Below the pieces are notes generated by a model. The model did no database searches. It was not told the origin of the DNA and was given only the letters and a program-made list of their open reading frames with translations. 64,000 nucleotides of DNA from Candidatus Hydrogenedentota bacterium (lineage in GTDB: Bacteria; Hydrogenedentota; Hydrogenedentia; Hydrogenedentales; SLHB01): positions 232,671-296,670 of the forward strand of contig BTVY01000001.1 in assembly GCA_045863335.1 (NCBI GenBank). Reading direction: 5' to 3'. Below are positions 19,651 through 30,606 of the stretch, one piece after another. Each line of letters starts with the position of its first letter. Within the stretch, counting starts at the first letter, position 1. The position numbers were made by a program, and so were the translations under genes.

Positions 19651-21030
19651 CTACTCGTGCTCCCATTTCAGAATCCAGGGATCGTTCGTGCGTTTCTGGA
19701 AGTCTCGCAGCTTCTGCTGTAACCGCTTCAATTCATCTGCGTGATTCGGATCGTCTGCGAGGTTATTCACCTCATCCGGATCGACTTTCAGGTCGTACAA
19801 CTCAAACTCCGGCCGATGCAGATACGCATCGACGGTGCGTTTGCCGTAATGAGTCAGGTTGCGATCGAGCACCGCCTGCCACGTCGCGGCTTCCCACAGG
19901 TCCGACGCGAAGGGGAACGACAACCCGTGTGCGATGTTCCAGATGAGTTTGTACTGCCGCTCGACGATCACGCGGTTGGGATAGTACATGGTGATCTCGT
20001 GGAACGTATGCGACGCATACGTCTCGTCCCAACCCTCCGGCCTTTCCTCCGGAAGCGCGTCTAAGAACGACCTTCCGTGGAACGTGGTGTCCGGCGCCTG
20101 CACGCCCGCATAGTCGAGGATCGTCGGCGTGATGTCCGCCCAGTTGACCATGGCGTCGCAGGCCTTTCCTTCAACCTCCTGGAGCGGATTGCGCACGACG
20201 CAGGGCAGTCGAATGCCCGGTTCATACACATTGGTCTTCGCTCCGGGGAAGGCAATCCCGTTGTCGGAAAGAAAGATCACGAGCGTATCTTCCCAACGAC
20301 CCGTCTCTTTCAGGATCTCAATCAGACGCGCAAGCCCACGGTCGGCGCGCTGAACGGACCCGTAGTATTGGGCCAACTCTTCGCGGCACTCCGGAATATC
20401 CGGCAGGAAGGGCGGCACGATCACATCGTCGGGACTGAACGTATCGGATCCCTCGCGCTTGAATGGCCGGTGCGGTTCGACCGTGCAGAAATACAGGAAG
20501 AAGGGCTGCTCGCTTTCAGCGGCGATAAAATCGCGGCACTGTTCCGCCATTTCATCGGGCGCGCGCACAGGGTTGTATTGCTGGAAGTGATAGACCTCTT
20601 CGGGCGCCACGTGGTACTTCCCCGCGCACAGCGTGCGGTATCCCGCATCGCCGAGCAGAACCGGCAAGGTCTTGATCTTCGGAAAGCTCACGAAATGGTG
20701 GTAGTCGTGGGCGTGCCCGTATTGGCCGTTCGCGTGGTTGTACAGCCCGGTCAACAACACCGATCGGCTCGCGCTGCACGAGGGCGTCGTGCAATACGCA
20801 TAGTTCATCCGCGTGCCTTCTTTAGCGAGCGTATCGAGACCCGGCGTGCGAATGGCGGGATTGCCGTAGCAGCCAGCATCGCCGTGACCCTGATCGTCAA
20901 CGACGTAGAGCAGCACATTGCGTTTCGGATTGGCCTGCGCATGGCTCCGCGCGCCGGACAGGGTCAGCGCGGCCGTCCCCATGGCCGCTGTCTTCAAAAA
21001 AGAACGCCGCTCCATCGTGCTATGGCTCAT
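19651..21030 (-). CDS. Tat-exported sulfatase (N-sulfoglucosamine sulfohydrolase-like)
   Basis: RRSFLK; CSASRSVLLTG formylglycine motif; GKYHV, PHRPF, SDNG, ELYDL..DPDE..NLA. Confidence 0.9.
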   Translation of the reverse strand: MSHSTMERRSFLKTAAMGTAALTLSGARSHAQANPKRNVLLYVVDDQGHGDAGCYGNPAIRTPGLDTLAKEGTRMNYAYCTTPSCSASRSVLLTGLYNHANGQYGHAHDYHHFVSFPKIKTLPVLLGDAGYRTLCAGKYHVAPEEVYHFQQYNPVRAPDEMAEQCRDFIAAESEQPFFLYFCTVEPHRPFKREGSDTFSPDDVIVPPFLPDIPECREELAQYYGSVQRADRGLARLIEILKETGRWEDTLVIFLSDNGIAFPGAKTNVYEPGIRLPCVVRNPLQEVEGKACDAMVNWADITPTILDYAGVQAPDTTFHGRSFLDALPEERPEGWDETYASHTFHEITMYYPNRVIVERQYKLIWNIAHGLSFPFASDLWEAATWQAVLDRNLTHYGKRTVDAYLHRPEFELYDLKVDPDEVNNLADDPNHADELKRLQQKLRDFQKRTNDPWILKWEHE

Positions 21031-21135
21031 TGGTGGTCGCTCCGCGAATGGTAAGCTTGATCGCACCGGTCCCGATTAGGGACCATCTTACAGACCACCA
21101 AAGGCGATCCCAAACCGAGGCAAGGGCGATATCTC

Positions 21136-21193
21136 GATCCGACCTATCCGACCGATCCGACCGATCGGTCAGATCGGTCCGATCAGTCCGATC
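21136..21193. repeat. 9-bp periodic imperfect palindrome (GATCCGACC x3 / GATCGGTCN x3) in a divergent intergenic region
   Basis: gatccgacctatccgaccgatccgaccgatcggtcagatcggtccgatcagtccgatc; related copy at 62726-62759. Confidence 0.8.
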
Positions 21194-21218
21194 GATCGCT
21201 ATCAAGGAGGCAACCATC

Positions 21219-22673
21219 ATGAAACTAAGCCGCCGCGAGTTTATCGGTTCCGCAGTCGCGGGCGCGTGCATCGCTTCGGGATGCGCAACGACGGCCCCAT
21301 CACGCAAGACCGCCGCCCGTCCGAACGTCGTCCTCGTCATGGCCGACGATCAAGGCTGGGGCGACATGGCCTACAACGGCCATCCCGTGCTGCAGACGCC
21401 CCACTTCGTTGCGGCGGCCGCGACAGGCCTGCGCTTCGACCGGTTCTACGCGGCGGCGCCGGTCTGTTCCCCCACACGCGGCAGTGTGATGACGGGACGG
21501 CACCCGAACCGCTTCGGCTGTTTCAGTTGGGGGCACACGCTGCGTCCGCAGGAGATCACCATCGCGGAAGCATTGAAGTCGGCGGGATACGTGACCGGCC
21601 ACTTCGGCAAATGGCACCTCGGTCCCGTCGAGAAAGGCAGCCCGGTAAATCCCGGCGCGAGCGGGTTCGACGAATGGCTCTCCGCGCCAAACTTTTTCGA
21701 CAACGACCCCATCCTCAGCCGCGAAGGCGTCGCGGAACCCAAGCCGGGCGAAAGCTCCATGGTCACGGCGGACGCGGCCATCGACTTCATGCGAAAACAT
21801 GCGGGCAGCGACCAGCCCTTCCTCGCGGTGGTCTGGTTCGGCTCGCCCCATAATCCCCATCAGGCGACGGACGAATTAAAAGCCTTGTATCCGAACGAAG
21901 ACGCGCAGTTCCAGAACTTCTACGGCGAAATCACGGGGATGGATCGCGCCTTCGGCAGATTGCGCGCGGAACTGCGCACCCTCGGCATCGCGGACAACAC
22001 GATCTTCTGGTATTGCAGCGACAACGGCGGGCTCCCGAAGGTCGGATCCACGGGAGGGCGCGGACACAAGAGCCAGCTTTACGAAGGCGGCCTCCGCGTG
22101 CCCGCGATCCTGGAGTGGCCACAGAAGATCCCCGCGAACCGGTTCACGAACATCCCCTGCAACACCGCGGACATCTATCCCACGCTGCTCGACATCCTCG
22201 GCATCGAGATGCCGAACCAGCCGCAACTCGACGGCATCAGCCTCGCCCCATTGATCACACGCGATATGACCAAACGCCCGGAACCCATGGGATTCTGGGT
22301 CTACCCCGAAAAAGGCATCAGTACCCCGAGCAAAGAACTCATGCAGGAACTTCACGAGGCCCAACAGGCCGGCAACGAAGTCGCCCACCCCGGCATGCTC
22401 TGTCTGGACGCGGGAAAAATCAAGACCACCTACTCCGAAGACGACCTGCCCGGCCATTCCGCCTGGCTCGACTGGCCCTGGAAGCTGCACCGAATTCCGA
22501 AGGAAGGATCGGACAGCGAATTCACATTCGAACTCTACAACCTCGAATCCGACCCCGGCGAAGCAACCGACCTGACCGCTTCACAAACCCCGCGCGTACA
22601 GACCATGAGCGCCGCCCTGAAAGCCTGGCAACAATCGGTAGTCCGAAGTCTCAACGGAAAAGACTACAATTAA
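21219..22673 (+). CDS. Tat-exported arylsulfatase-family sulfatase
   Basis: SRREFI; AAGGAGG RBS upstream; CSPTRGSVMTGR, GKWHLG, SDNGG, YEGGLRVP. Confidence 0.9.
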   Translation: MKLSRREFIGSAVAGACIASGCATTAPSRKTAARPNVVLVMADDQGWGDMAYNGHPVLQTPHFVAAAATGLRFDRFYAAAPVCSPTRGSVMTGRHPNRFGCFSWGHTLRPQEITIAEALKSAGYVTGHFGKWHLGPVEKGSPVNPGASGFDEWLSAPNFFDNDPILSREGVAEPKPGESSMVTADAAIDFMRKHAGSDQPFLAVVWFGSPHNPHQATDELKALYPNEDAQFQNFYGEITGMDRAFGRLRAELRTLGIADNTIFWYCSDNGGLPKVGSTGGRGHKSQLYEGGLRVPAILEWPQKIPANRFTNIPCNTADIYPTLLDILGIEMPNQPQLDGISLAPLITRDMTKRPEPMGFWVYPEKGISTPSKELMQELHEAQQAGNEVAHPGMLCLDAGKIKTTYSEDDLPGHSAWLDWPWKLHRIPKEGSDSEFTFELYNLESDPGEATDLTASQTPRVQTMSAALKAWQQSVVRSLNGKDYN

Positions 22674-22869
22674 ATCGACCCCTATGGACTGCGGTCCCCC
22701 GGGACTGCTTTTCCCAAGCACGTTCTCGGGGACCTAACCCAGTCCAGCGACGCAGATTATCACCATCATCGAGCCGCACACAAAGTTAGTTCCAGATTTG
22801 TTCACAGATCGGGCTAACAAGCGCCATCCCCTTCGCCAGAACAACACTCGCCTTGCTATTTGCATCGAA

Positions 22870-23220
22870 TCGCGTGGCCTGAAAGGCCTGCATACTCTCA
22901 GCCCCAGGTTGGTCCGACCAGCGGGAGGACCTACCTGGGGTACACGGACCCATTTTTTGATCTTACCCTGTAAGGGTTTCACAAGGATCATAAGGTTGTA
23001 TATCCCCTTCGGGGAACTGACGTGGGTTGGTGGGATGCGATGTCCCCGGGTAGGCCTTGCTGCGCGGCGGCCAATCACGCCGATGGCGTGACTATAGGTA
23101 TGCAGGCCCGTTGGGCCATTACGGCGGCTTGACGCCGCCGCACCGCAACGTCCCATACCACGGCGCTCCCGGTTCGTCGCGCCGGTACCCGTCGTCGTGC
23201 CCGTTCCAACGGACCGCACT
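22870..23220. repeat. Cluster of short hairpin/REP-like units between convergent genes (BIME-like)
   Basis: Hairpins ggcctgaaaggcc, ccccaggt...acctgggg, accctgtaagggt, tccccttcgggga, ggcccgttgggcc, cggcggcttgacgccgccg in a roughly 570-bp gap with no credible ORF. Confidence 0.6.
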
Positions 23221-23248
23221 CCATGGAATCCTTGAGTAATTCGAACGA

Positions 23249-24706
23249 CTACTCGTCCGTGCGTGGTATGTCCGCGTCAACTTCTAAGCCGGTGCAATCT
23301 TCCCACGCGAATGCTTCTCCCGTCGCTGGGGACACGCGGACATCATCCATAACGACGCCATTCACCAGTTTCGCGCGGAATCCTTCCGTTGCATCGATGG
23401 ATACGTTCTCAAACCGCAAATCCTCAATCGGCGCCTCGGGCAACCCCTCGATGCTCGCGGCCCGCTTGGCGCCGTCAACATGGATATCCCGAAACGCGAT
23501 ATCCCGAAACAGCGGCGCCTTCCCATCCGTCGTGCCCATCCAGGCGCGGTAGGCGGTGGTCATTTGGATGGCGTCGCTCTGGATGTTCGTCATGTCGATG
23601 TTCTCAAACCAAAGACGTTCGACGACACCGCCGCGGCCGCGGGTGGACTTGAGACGAATGCCGATCAAGGTCCCGTCAAATACACACGAATGAACGTACA
23701 CATTCCGGATATCGCCGCTGGTATCGCTGCCGAAGACCGCACCGCCGTGTCCCTTCGCCGTGTGGTTGTAGCGGACGACCACGTTCTCCGTCGGCTTGCC
23801 CACGCGCCAGCCGTCTTCGTTCATCCCGGACTTCATGCAGATGCAGTCGTCGCCCGTGTTGAAGTAGCAGTGCTCGATGAGCACGTTCCTGCTGGAATCC
23901 ACGTTCAGCCCGTCCGTGTTGGGGCCGCCCTCCGTGAAAATCCGCAGCTTCCGCGCAATGACCCGGTCGCAATCGACGAGGTCGATGGTCCAAAACGGCC
24001 CCGGCGCGCTGATGGTGAACCCTTCCAGCAACACGTTCCGGCAGTTGATGGGGCTGATCAGTTGCGGCCGCAACCCGTCCTCCACCGTTCCGTAGATGCG
24101 CTCCTCCGGCGGCACGCCCTTCAGAATCTGTTCCTCGTACATGCGGAAGGCCGTCGGCTCTTGCCGCGGTTCCCAGGACCACCACGCCTCGCCGTTGCCG
24201 TCGATGGTCCCCGGCCCCGTGACGGCGATGTTCTCGCAATCGCGCGCGTAGATGAGCGGCGAGTAGTTGTAGCATTCAAAGCCCGCCCACCGCGTAAACA
24301 CGACGGGCAAATAGTCGGCGGGATCGGTGGAGAACCGCAGCACCGCGCCCTCGTCGAGATGGAGATTGACGTTGCTCCTGAGGTGGATGGCTCCGGTTAC
24401 CCACGTACCGGCCGGCACGCGCACCACGCCACCGCCCGCGTCCGCGCAAGCCTCAATCGCGGCGCGAATCGCCCCGGTGTTCTTCGTCTCGCCGTCGCCC
24501 ACCGCGCCGAACACGGCGATATCGAAGACCCGGTCCGGAAAGACGGGCCGCTGAAGTTGGGGCATATCAAAGGGCGCGACGATGGGTTCGATTGCGTGTG
24601 CCGCCGCTTCCACGCCGACCCGTGCTGACCACCCGGTTCCCGTTTCCGCCCCGCCAGCCGCAGCCACTGCTACTACGAAGAATCCCGCCACAAGATTGCG
24701 AAGCAT
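23249..24706 (-). CDS. Secreted glycoside hydrolase family 28 (polygalacturonase-like)
   Basis: NTDG, GDDC, GHG, RLKS catalytic motifs; signal peptide. Confidence 0.92.
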   Translation of the reverse strand: MLRNLVAGFFVVAVAAAGGAETGTGWSARVGVEAAAHAIEPIVAPFDMPQLQRPVFPDRVFDIAVFGAVGDGETKNTGAIRAAIEACADAGGGVVRVPAGTWVTGAIHLRSNVNLHLDEGAVLRFSTDPADYLPVVFTRWAGFECYNYSPLIYARDCENIAVTGPGTIDGNGEAWWSWEPRQEPTAFRMYEEQILKGVPPEERIYGTVEDGLRPQLISPINCRNVLLEGFTISAPGPFWTIDLVDCDRVIARKLRIFTEGGPNTDGLNVDSSRNVLIEHCYFNTGDDCICMKSGMNEDGWRVGKPTENVVVRYNHTAKGHGGAVFGSDTSGDIRNVYVHSCVFDGTLIGIRLKSTRGRGGVVERLWFENIDMTNIQSDAIQMTTAYRAWMGTTDGKAPLFRDIAFRDIHVDGAKRAASIEGLPEAPIEDLRFENVSIDATEGFRAKLVNGVVMDDVRVSPATGEAFAWEDCTGLEVDADIPRTDE

Positions 24707-24921
24707 ACTACCCCCGGTTTTCTATACGGTGCGCGGCATGGCGTATTGCCAAACGCGGTTGTGCCACGCCCCCTGGGACCTTCACCGAGTCTATTCTCGC
24801 AGACCGGAGACCTGCCATCCAACCTGCGATGGCAACCCTATTGACCGTTAGGTCTCATCCCGCTATTATCGTTTTACGAGTCTTAGCTGGATCGTGGCAA
24901 GTCCGAGGATTGGTGAAGACG

Positions 24922-26259
24922 ATGGTCCCGAATCTCATTGAGATGGCCATCCCGGTGTTTTTCATCCTCATCGGGGTGGAATTGTCCGTCAGTTGGCTGC
25001 AACGCCGCGCCAACTACCGCTTCAATGACACCATCAACGACCTCAGCATGGGCACCGTGGATCAAGTCGGCGGCGCGTTCCTCAAATCCATCGTTTTCAT
25101 CGGCTACCTGTACGTCTACGAGAACCACCGGCTCCTCGACATTCCCATGTCGTCGACCACCGCGTGGGTGGCATGCTTGCTCTTCTACGATCTCATGTAC
25201 TACTGGGCGCACCGGGCCAGCCACGAAGTGAATGTATTGTGGGGCTCGCACATCCCTCACCACCAGAGCGAGGAGTACAACCTGAGCGTCGCGTTGCGGC
25301 AGGGCGTGTTCCAGGGCTGCTTCTTCTGGATCTTCTACCTTCCCCTCGCCTTCACCGGATTCCCCCCCGCCATGTTTATCGTCATGGCGTCGGTGGACAC
25401 GCTCTATCAGTTCTGGATTCACACGCGGACTATCGGGAAACTCGGCCCGCTGGAATGGGTGTTCAACACGCCTTCCCACCACCGCGTGCATCACGCCAAG
25501 AACCCCAAATACATCGACCGGAACCACGGCGGCATGCTGATTATCTGGGACCGGCTCTTCGGCACCTTCAAGGAAGAAGAGGAAGAACCGGTGTACGGCA
25601 CCGCGACTCCCTTACGAAGTTGGAACCCCGTCTGGGCGAACGTCCACTACTGGATCGATCTTGCGAAGCTGGCGTGGGAAGCACCGCGCTGGCAGGACAA
25701 GTTCCTGGTCTGGTTCATGAAACCCGCTTGGCGGCCCGCGGGGCTGGAGAAGGAAGGCCCTCCCGCCCACCTGCGGCGCGAGTTCTACGAAAAGTACAAT
25801 CCGCGCATCCCCGTGAGCCTCAGCATCTATGTCTTCGTACAGTTTCTCCCCACGATGATCATCGCCACGTCCTTCCTCAAGAAGGAGGCGGACCTCGTGG
25901 CGGCGGAGCGGATTGGCGTCGCGGGCCTCATCATCATGACGCTCGTCTGCATCGGCGGAATCCTCGAGGGAAAACGCTGGGCCCTCTTGCTCGAAGGACT
26001 ACGGCTTCCCGTTCTCGGCGGCGCCGCCATCATCTGGACGCAACGTGCCTTCGGACTCGAAACGATGTTGGGGCAGATCGTGGCCGTGCTTGTACTAGTC
26101 GACGTCGTCGCCCTCATGATTTGGCTGCTGAGCCACCGCCGCGCGTTCACCCACCCCTTCGGACCAGTGGCCGCCGACGCGATCTCGTCAGCAATCGCCG
26201 ACTCCGAATTCCCGCCCCAACTGCAAGACTCCCATTCAACAGCCCGGACAGGTCTCTGA
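24922..26259 (+). CDS. Sterol desaturase/fatty acid hydroxylase family protein (alkylglycerol monooxygenase-like)
   Basis: His boxes HRASH, HIPHH, HHRVHH; YQFWIHT, IIWDRLFGTF. Confidence 0.9.
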   Translation: MVPNLIEMAIPVFFILIGVELSVSWLQRRANYRFNDTINDLSMGTVDQVGGAFLKSIVFIGYLYVYENHRLLDIPMSSTTAWVACLLFYDLMYYWAHRASHEVNVLWGSHIPHHQSEEYNLSVALRQGVFQGCFFWIFYLPLAFTGFPPAMFIVMASVDTLYQFWIHTRTIGKLGPLEWVFNTPSHHRVHHAKNPKYIDRNHGGMLIIWDRLFGTFKEEEEEPVYGTATPLRSWNPVWANVHYWIDLAKLAWEAPRWQDKFLVWFMKPAWRPAGLEKEGPPAHLRREFYEKYNPRIPVSLSIYVFVQFLPTMIIATSFLKKEADLVAAERIGVAGLIIMTLVCIGGILEGKRWALLLEGLRLPVLGGAAIIWTQRAFGLETMLGQIVAVLVLVDVVALMIWLLSHRRAFTHPFGPVAADAISSAIADSEFPPQLQDSHSTARTGL

Positions 26260-26265
26260 AGAATC

Positions 26266-26317
26266 GGGACTGTCACCATTTTTCTTCTGTGCGATCGAGA
26301 TGAAAAATGGGGACACC
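26266..26317. repeat. Inverted repeat (REP family B/bidirectional terminator) between convergent genes
   Basis: gggactgtcaccatttttc ... gaaaaatggggaca; related to the 43872-43946 element. Confidence 0.6.
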
Positions 26318-26329
26318 GCACAGGCAATC

Positions 26330-27298
26330 TCAGCCTCCGGCAACGTTCCCCTCTTCCGCCGAACTCGCGGTTTCTCCTGCATACGGATCGTGCAGTCCGG
26401 GATGTCCGTCGGGATGGGCGTCCTCATGGTGTTCGGGTTCCACATGGGTCGTCACGTGTACTGTGAAGTTCTCGAAAAGATTGTGGATCGATTCCTCCAC
26501 GCGGGTAACGCGGTCGTGAGCTTCCGCTGTCGACATCTCGCCGGGCACCTGCATGTGCACTTCCACCCACATGACATCGTTACTCTGGCGATGCTTGAGT
26601 TGATGGAAACCGGTAATGCGGCCTTCGTCCACAGCGGCCTGCAAACACCCGAGGATCTTGGGCGTCTGGCGCGGGTCGGCTGCATCGATCAAGCCCGCGA
26701 ACGACCCGAAAATGAGGCTCCCGGCTTCGCGCAGGATGTTGGTCGCGACGAGGATCGCCACGATCGGGTCAAGCCAGAGCAGGCCGGTTAGTTGGACAAT
26801 AAGGACTCCGATGACAACGCCGGCGCTGGTCCACATATCCGTCAGCACGTGTTTGCCGTTAGCGACCAGAATCACCGCGTTGCGCGATCTGCCGACACGC
26901 ACCAGGAACAACCCCAGCCCCAGGTTCACGAGACATAGCGCGCCGGTGATCACGATCCCGATTCCCAGGTGACGCAACTCCGGACCCAGGATGAGCTCGC
27001 GAACGCTGGAGTAATAGATGTACAGGGCCGCGGAAAGGATCATGGCCCCTTCGAACCCCGCCGAGAAATACGCGATCTTCCCGTGGCCATACGGATGTTT
27101 GTTGTCAGGGTCTTGCCGCGCGTACCACAGGCTGAAACCCGCCACCGCCGTCGCCGCAATATGGACGACCGACTCCGCCGCGTCCGAGAGAATCGCGGCG
27201 CTTCCGGTGATGACGTAGGCCGTCAGCTTGCCGGCCAGCATCAACACGGCGACGGACAGACTGGCGATCATCGCCGTTTGTCGCAGATCGGATTTCAT
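26330..27298 (-). CDS. Cation diffusion facilitator family transporter
   Basis: S.AILSDAAES..H, PDNKHPYGHGK, HVLTD, C-terminal TTHVEP. Confidence 0.92.
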   Translation of the reverse strand: MKSDLRQTAMIASLSVAVLMLAGKLTAYVITGSAAILSDAAESVVHIAATAVAGFSLWYARQDPDNKHPYGHGKIAYFSAGFEGAMILSAALYIYYSSVRELILGPELRHLGIGIVITGALCLVNLGLGLFLVRVGRSRNAVILVANGKHVLTDMWTSAGVVIGVLIVQLTGLLWLDPIVAILVATNILREAGSLIFGSFAGLIDAADPRQTPKILGCLQAAVDEGRITGFHQLKHRQSNDVMWVEVHMQVPGEMSTAEAHDRVTRVEESIHNLFENFTVHVTTHVEPEHHEDAHPDGHPGLHDPYAGETASSAEEGNVAGG

Positions 27299-27376
27299 CG
27301 CCCCCCCTCGTCAATTACGGAAATCGAACCGTAACGCATCCAGCATAACACGGCAAGGGAACAGCGGCCATAGGAA

Positions 27377-27886
27377 CTACGCGAGTTCCGAGCGGGAATA
27401 CGTGCGAGACTCCCGAACGTCCCCGGTCAGCTCGTAGATCGCGACCCTGATTTCGTCGTCCGAGGTGGTAATGAGCGCGTAGGATGGCCGTTGCCCCCGG
27501 TCGAACTTACTCTTGAGATGCCCTGGATTGAGGTGAACCGACATTCCGAGCTTTTCGATCCGCGCCACGTGGGTATGACCCGTTAACACCACGGTTGCCG
27601 CCAACTCGCGTGCGGAAAGGTCCTTGTCGGCGTGGGCGGCGGATATGGTGATGCCATCGACGGACTCCACAATGGTGCTTGGAATGCGGTGATCGGCGTA
27701 CTCCGGGCACCACAGCCCAGGCACCATCTTGATCGCGTGTCCCGCCATGGCCAATTCCTCGGCGTCCGAATAGTCGTCGCCCACGTGAATCAACAGGTCT
27801 ACTTGGTGACGGGTGGCGAGATAGTCAGCCACCTGATGCATCATGCGACGGTTGCCGTGGGTATCGCTGATAATTCCAATGATCAT
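27377..27886 (-). CDS. YfcE-like metallophosphoesterase
   Basis: IISDTHGN, IHVGD, GHTH, NPG. Confidence 0.82.
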   Translation of the reverse strand: MIIGIISDTHGNRRMMHQVADYLATRHQVDLLIHVGDDYSDAEELAMAGHAIKMVPGLWCPEYADHRIPSTIVESVDGITISAAHADKDLSARELAATVVLTGHTHVARIEKLGMSVHLNPGHLKSKFDRGQRPSYALITTSDDEIRVAIYELTGDVRESRTYSRSELA

Positions 27887-28035
27887 CGATGAGAACCCAA
27901 CTTCAGGTAAAACAGACCTCCGTAAAAACCGGAATCACGGCCGAACCAGAATATGGTATCCTCCACCGGCAGGATTGGGTTTGCAAAGTGGCGGCCAGTA
28001 TATCCCAGGCCGTAAAGCCTCGCCAATACTTTGCC

Positions 28036-28647
28036 ATGGAGTTTGCTGTGATCCAACTGAAGATGGAACGAACATCGGATGGGGAGCTTCCCCGGATTCC
28101 CCTGCCAGAAGGCTACTCGCTGCGAACGTATCGGCCGGGGGATGAGCACGCACTGGCCCGCATCTATGAGTATTCAGACCTGGGAAGCGCGACGCCGGAG
28201 TCCTTGCGCAAGAATATCCTGAGCCATCCCTGTTTCCGCCCGGAACGCATTCTAGTCCTGGAGCACGAGGGTCAAGTCGTGGGTACCTCGGCGGCTTGGG
28301 TGGAGCCATCCGACCCGGGCGCGGGGTATCTTCACATGGTGGGCGTACTGCCGGAACACCAGGGGAAGCGCCTCGGCAAACTCCTGACCCTGGAAGCCAT
28401 GCGGCTTAGCCAGCAAGAGGGATTCAGTACCCTCCGGCTGGTGACGGATGACTGGCGTTTGGCGGCGATTCGCGTCTATCTCGGCCTCGGGTATGTCCCG
28501 CTCCTCGTGCACCCCACGCACCGGTCCCGTTGGGAACTAATCGGTCACCGACTGGACCATCCCGGAATTCTCAATGACGCGCGTGAAGCCCTTCCGCAGG
28601 CATCGCCGGGAATCCTGAAGCGTTTGTTCCAAGCGTTCGGATTCTGA
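28036..28647 (+). CDS. GNAT family N-acetyltransferase
   Basis: [14 protein letters not shown] acetyl-CoA motif; [17 protein letters not shown]. Confidence 0.85.
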   Translation: MEFAVIQLKMERTSDGELPRIPLPEGYSLRTYRPGDEHALARIYEYSDLGSATPESLRKNILSHPCFRPERILVLEHEGQVVGTSAAWVEPSDPGAGYLHMVGVLPEHQGKRLGKLLTLEAMRLSQQEGFSTLRLVTDDWRLAAIRVYLGLGYVPLLVHPTHRSRWELIGHRLDHPGILNDAREALPQASPGILKRLFQAFGF

Positions 28648-28727
28648 TATTCTCTAGCTCCTGTTCCGTGGAGATGAAGGCTTCCCACCCTTGTGCGCAA
28701 TCAACTGTGAGTAGAACGTCGAGAATC

Positions 28728-30605
28728 ATGAGCCGGGATTTTGATGTCATAGTCGTTGGCGCCGGTCACGCCGGTATCGAGGCCGCACTTGCCTGCGCCC
28801 GCAGCGGTTTGCGCACCGCCATGACCACGATGGATGTCAACACCATCGGCAAGATGAGCTGCAACCCAGCCATCGGCGGTATCGCCAAGGGACAGGTCGT
28901 TCGCGAAGTTGACGCACTCGGCGGCGAAATGGGCCGCTGCATCGACCGTACCGGCATTCAGTACAAAATGCTCAACCAGTCCAAGGGTCCCGCCGTCCAT
29001 TCCCCGCGCGCCCAAGCCGACCGCGAAGCCTACCAGAAGGACATGCAGCGCGTCTGCGAGTCGCAGGACGGATTGACGTTGTATCCTGCGTTGATCGAGG
29101 ACTTCATTGTCACGAATGGCGCGATTGCCGGGGTGATTACGGCGGACAACGAAGAAATCGCGGCGCGGGCGGTGATTGTATGCACGGGCACGTTCCTCGG
29201 CGCCAAGCTCCACTACGGCATGCGAGACGTCCCCGGCGGCCGCAGCGGCGAGATCCCCGCGCAGGCCCTCTCGGGTGCGTATCGCCGTCTCGGCTTTCAG
29301 ATCAACCGCCAGAAGACCGGCACCTGTCCCCGGCTCCATTGCGACACCATCGACTATGACGTGATGGAAGTACAGCCGGGCGATGAGCGGCCTCGCCCAT
29401 TCTCGTTCTCCACGCCCATCGAAGGGTTCGATCCTAACAAGGTGCTCTGCTGGCTGACTTCGACCAACGAGGAGACCCACAAGGTCATCCATGCCAACCT
29501 CGATCGCTCCCCCATGTTCACGGGAAAGATCGGCGCGACCGGCACGCGCTATTGCCCAAGCATCGAAGACAAGGTCTTCCGCTTTGCCGACAAGAATCAG
29601 CACCGGATCTTTCTCGAACCCGAGGGGTTGAACACGCCGGAAGTCTACGTCAACGGCCTGTCCACAAGCCTTCCCGAAGACGTCCAGTTGGCCATGCTCA
29701 AGACCATCCCGGGACTTGACCGCGCGGAGATGGTGCGGCCCGGGTACGCGGTGGAGTACGACTTCGTCCAGCCCACGGAACTCAAGCCGACGCTGGAGAC
29801 CAAGCGTGTGCGCGGGCTCTTCCACGCGGGACAGATCAACGGCACCTCCGGCTATGAAGAGGCCGCGGGCCAGGGGATTTTCGCCGCGCTCAATGCAATT
29901 CGCTACGTGCGCGGCGAGGAACCGCTGTACCTCTCCCGAAGCGAGGCCTACATCGGCGTGCTCGTCGACGACCTGGTCACGCGCGGCGTGTTGGAACCCT
30001 ATCGGCTCTTTACGTCTCGGGCGGAGTATCGCCTCCTGCTGCGTCACGACAATGCGGACGCGCGTCTCGCGAAGTACGGCATCGCCGGTGACGCGTTCAT
30101 CGAAAGGGTACGGGACAAGCAGGACCGTGTACACGGCGAAATTCTGCGTTTACGCTCTACCGTTGTCTCGCCGAACAAGACCATCCAGGAGATGCTCGCC
30201 GCACGCGGCGGGAGCCTTATGGCCGAACCGCAACCTGCTTCACGCCTCCTGAGCCGTCCCGAACTGCGAATCGAAGATGTCTGGACGATCTGCCCGCCTG
30301 CGGCGCCGCTTGCGTTCGAGGAGGCGGAGCAAATCGAAATCCAGATCAAATACCACGGTTATATCGAACGCCAGGAACGCGACATTGCGCGGTTCCGTAG
30401 CGCCGAAATGCACCCCATCCCTGATGACTTCGACTATATGGCTATTGCCGGCATGCCCGTCGAAAGCAAGGAGCGCTTGCAGCAGATCCGCCCCGTGAAC
30501 TTCGGGCAGGCCGGTCGCGTGCCCGGCGTGCGCGCCTCCGATATCGCCGCCCTGCACATTCATATGGAGAAGCTGGCTCGCGCCGCGGCCCAGCGGACCG
30601 CGTGA
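28728..30605 (+). CDS. mnmG: tRNA uridine-5-carboxymethylaminomethyl(34) synthesis enzyme MnmG (GidA)
   Basis: [59 protein letters not shown]. Confidence 0.97.
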   Translation: MSRDFDVIVVGAGHAGIEAALACARSGLRTAMTTMDVNTIGKMSCNPAIGGIAKGQVVREVDALGGEMGRCIDRTGIQYKMLNQSKGPAVHSPRAQADREAYQKDMQRVCESQDGLTLYPALIEDFIVTNGAIAGVITADNEEIAARAVIVCTGTFLGAKLHYGMRDVPGGRSGEIPAQALSGAYRRLGFQINRQKTGTCPRLHCDTIDYDVMEVQPGDERPRPFSFSTPIEGFDPNKVLCWLTSTNEETHKVIHANLDRSPMFTGKIGATGTRYCPSIEDKVFRFADKNQHRIFLEPEGLNTPEVYVNGLSTSLPEDVQLAMLKTIPGLDRAEMVRPGYAVEYDFVQPTELKPTLETKRVRGLFHAGQINGTSGYEEAAGQGIFAALNAIRYVRGEEPLYLSRSEAYIGVLVDDLVTRGVLEPYRLFTSRAEYRLLLRHDNADARLAKYGIAGDAFIERVRDKQDRVHGEILRLRSTVVSPNKTIQEMLAARGGSLMAEPQPASRLLSRPELRIEDVWTICPPAAPLAFEEAEQIEIQIKYHGYIERQERDIARFRSAEMHPIPDDFDYMAIAGMPVESKERLQQIRPVNFGQAGRVPGVRASDIAALHIHMEKLARAAAQRTA

Positions 30606-30606
30606 C

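Noticed and set aside
21030-21218. N-terminal extension of the + strand sulfatase (SDLSDRSDRSVRSVRS)
   Set aside because: It is the translation of the GATC nonamer repeat. The AAGGAGG RBS and Tat motif place the start at 21219.
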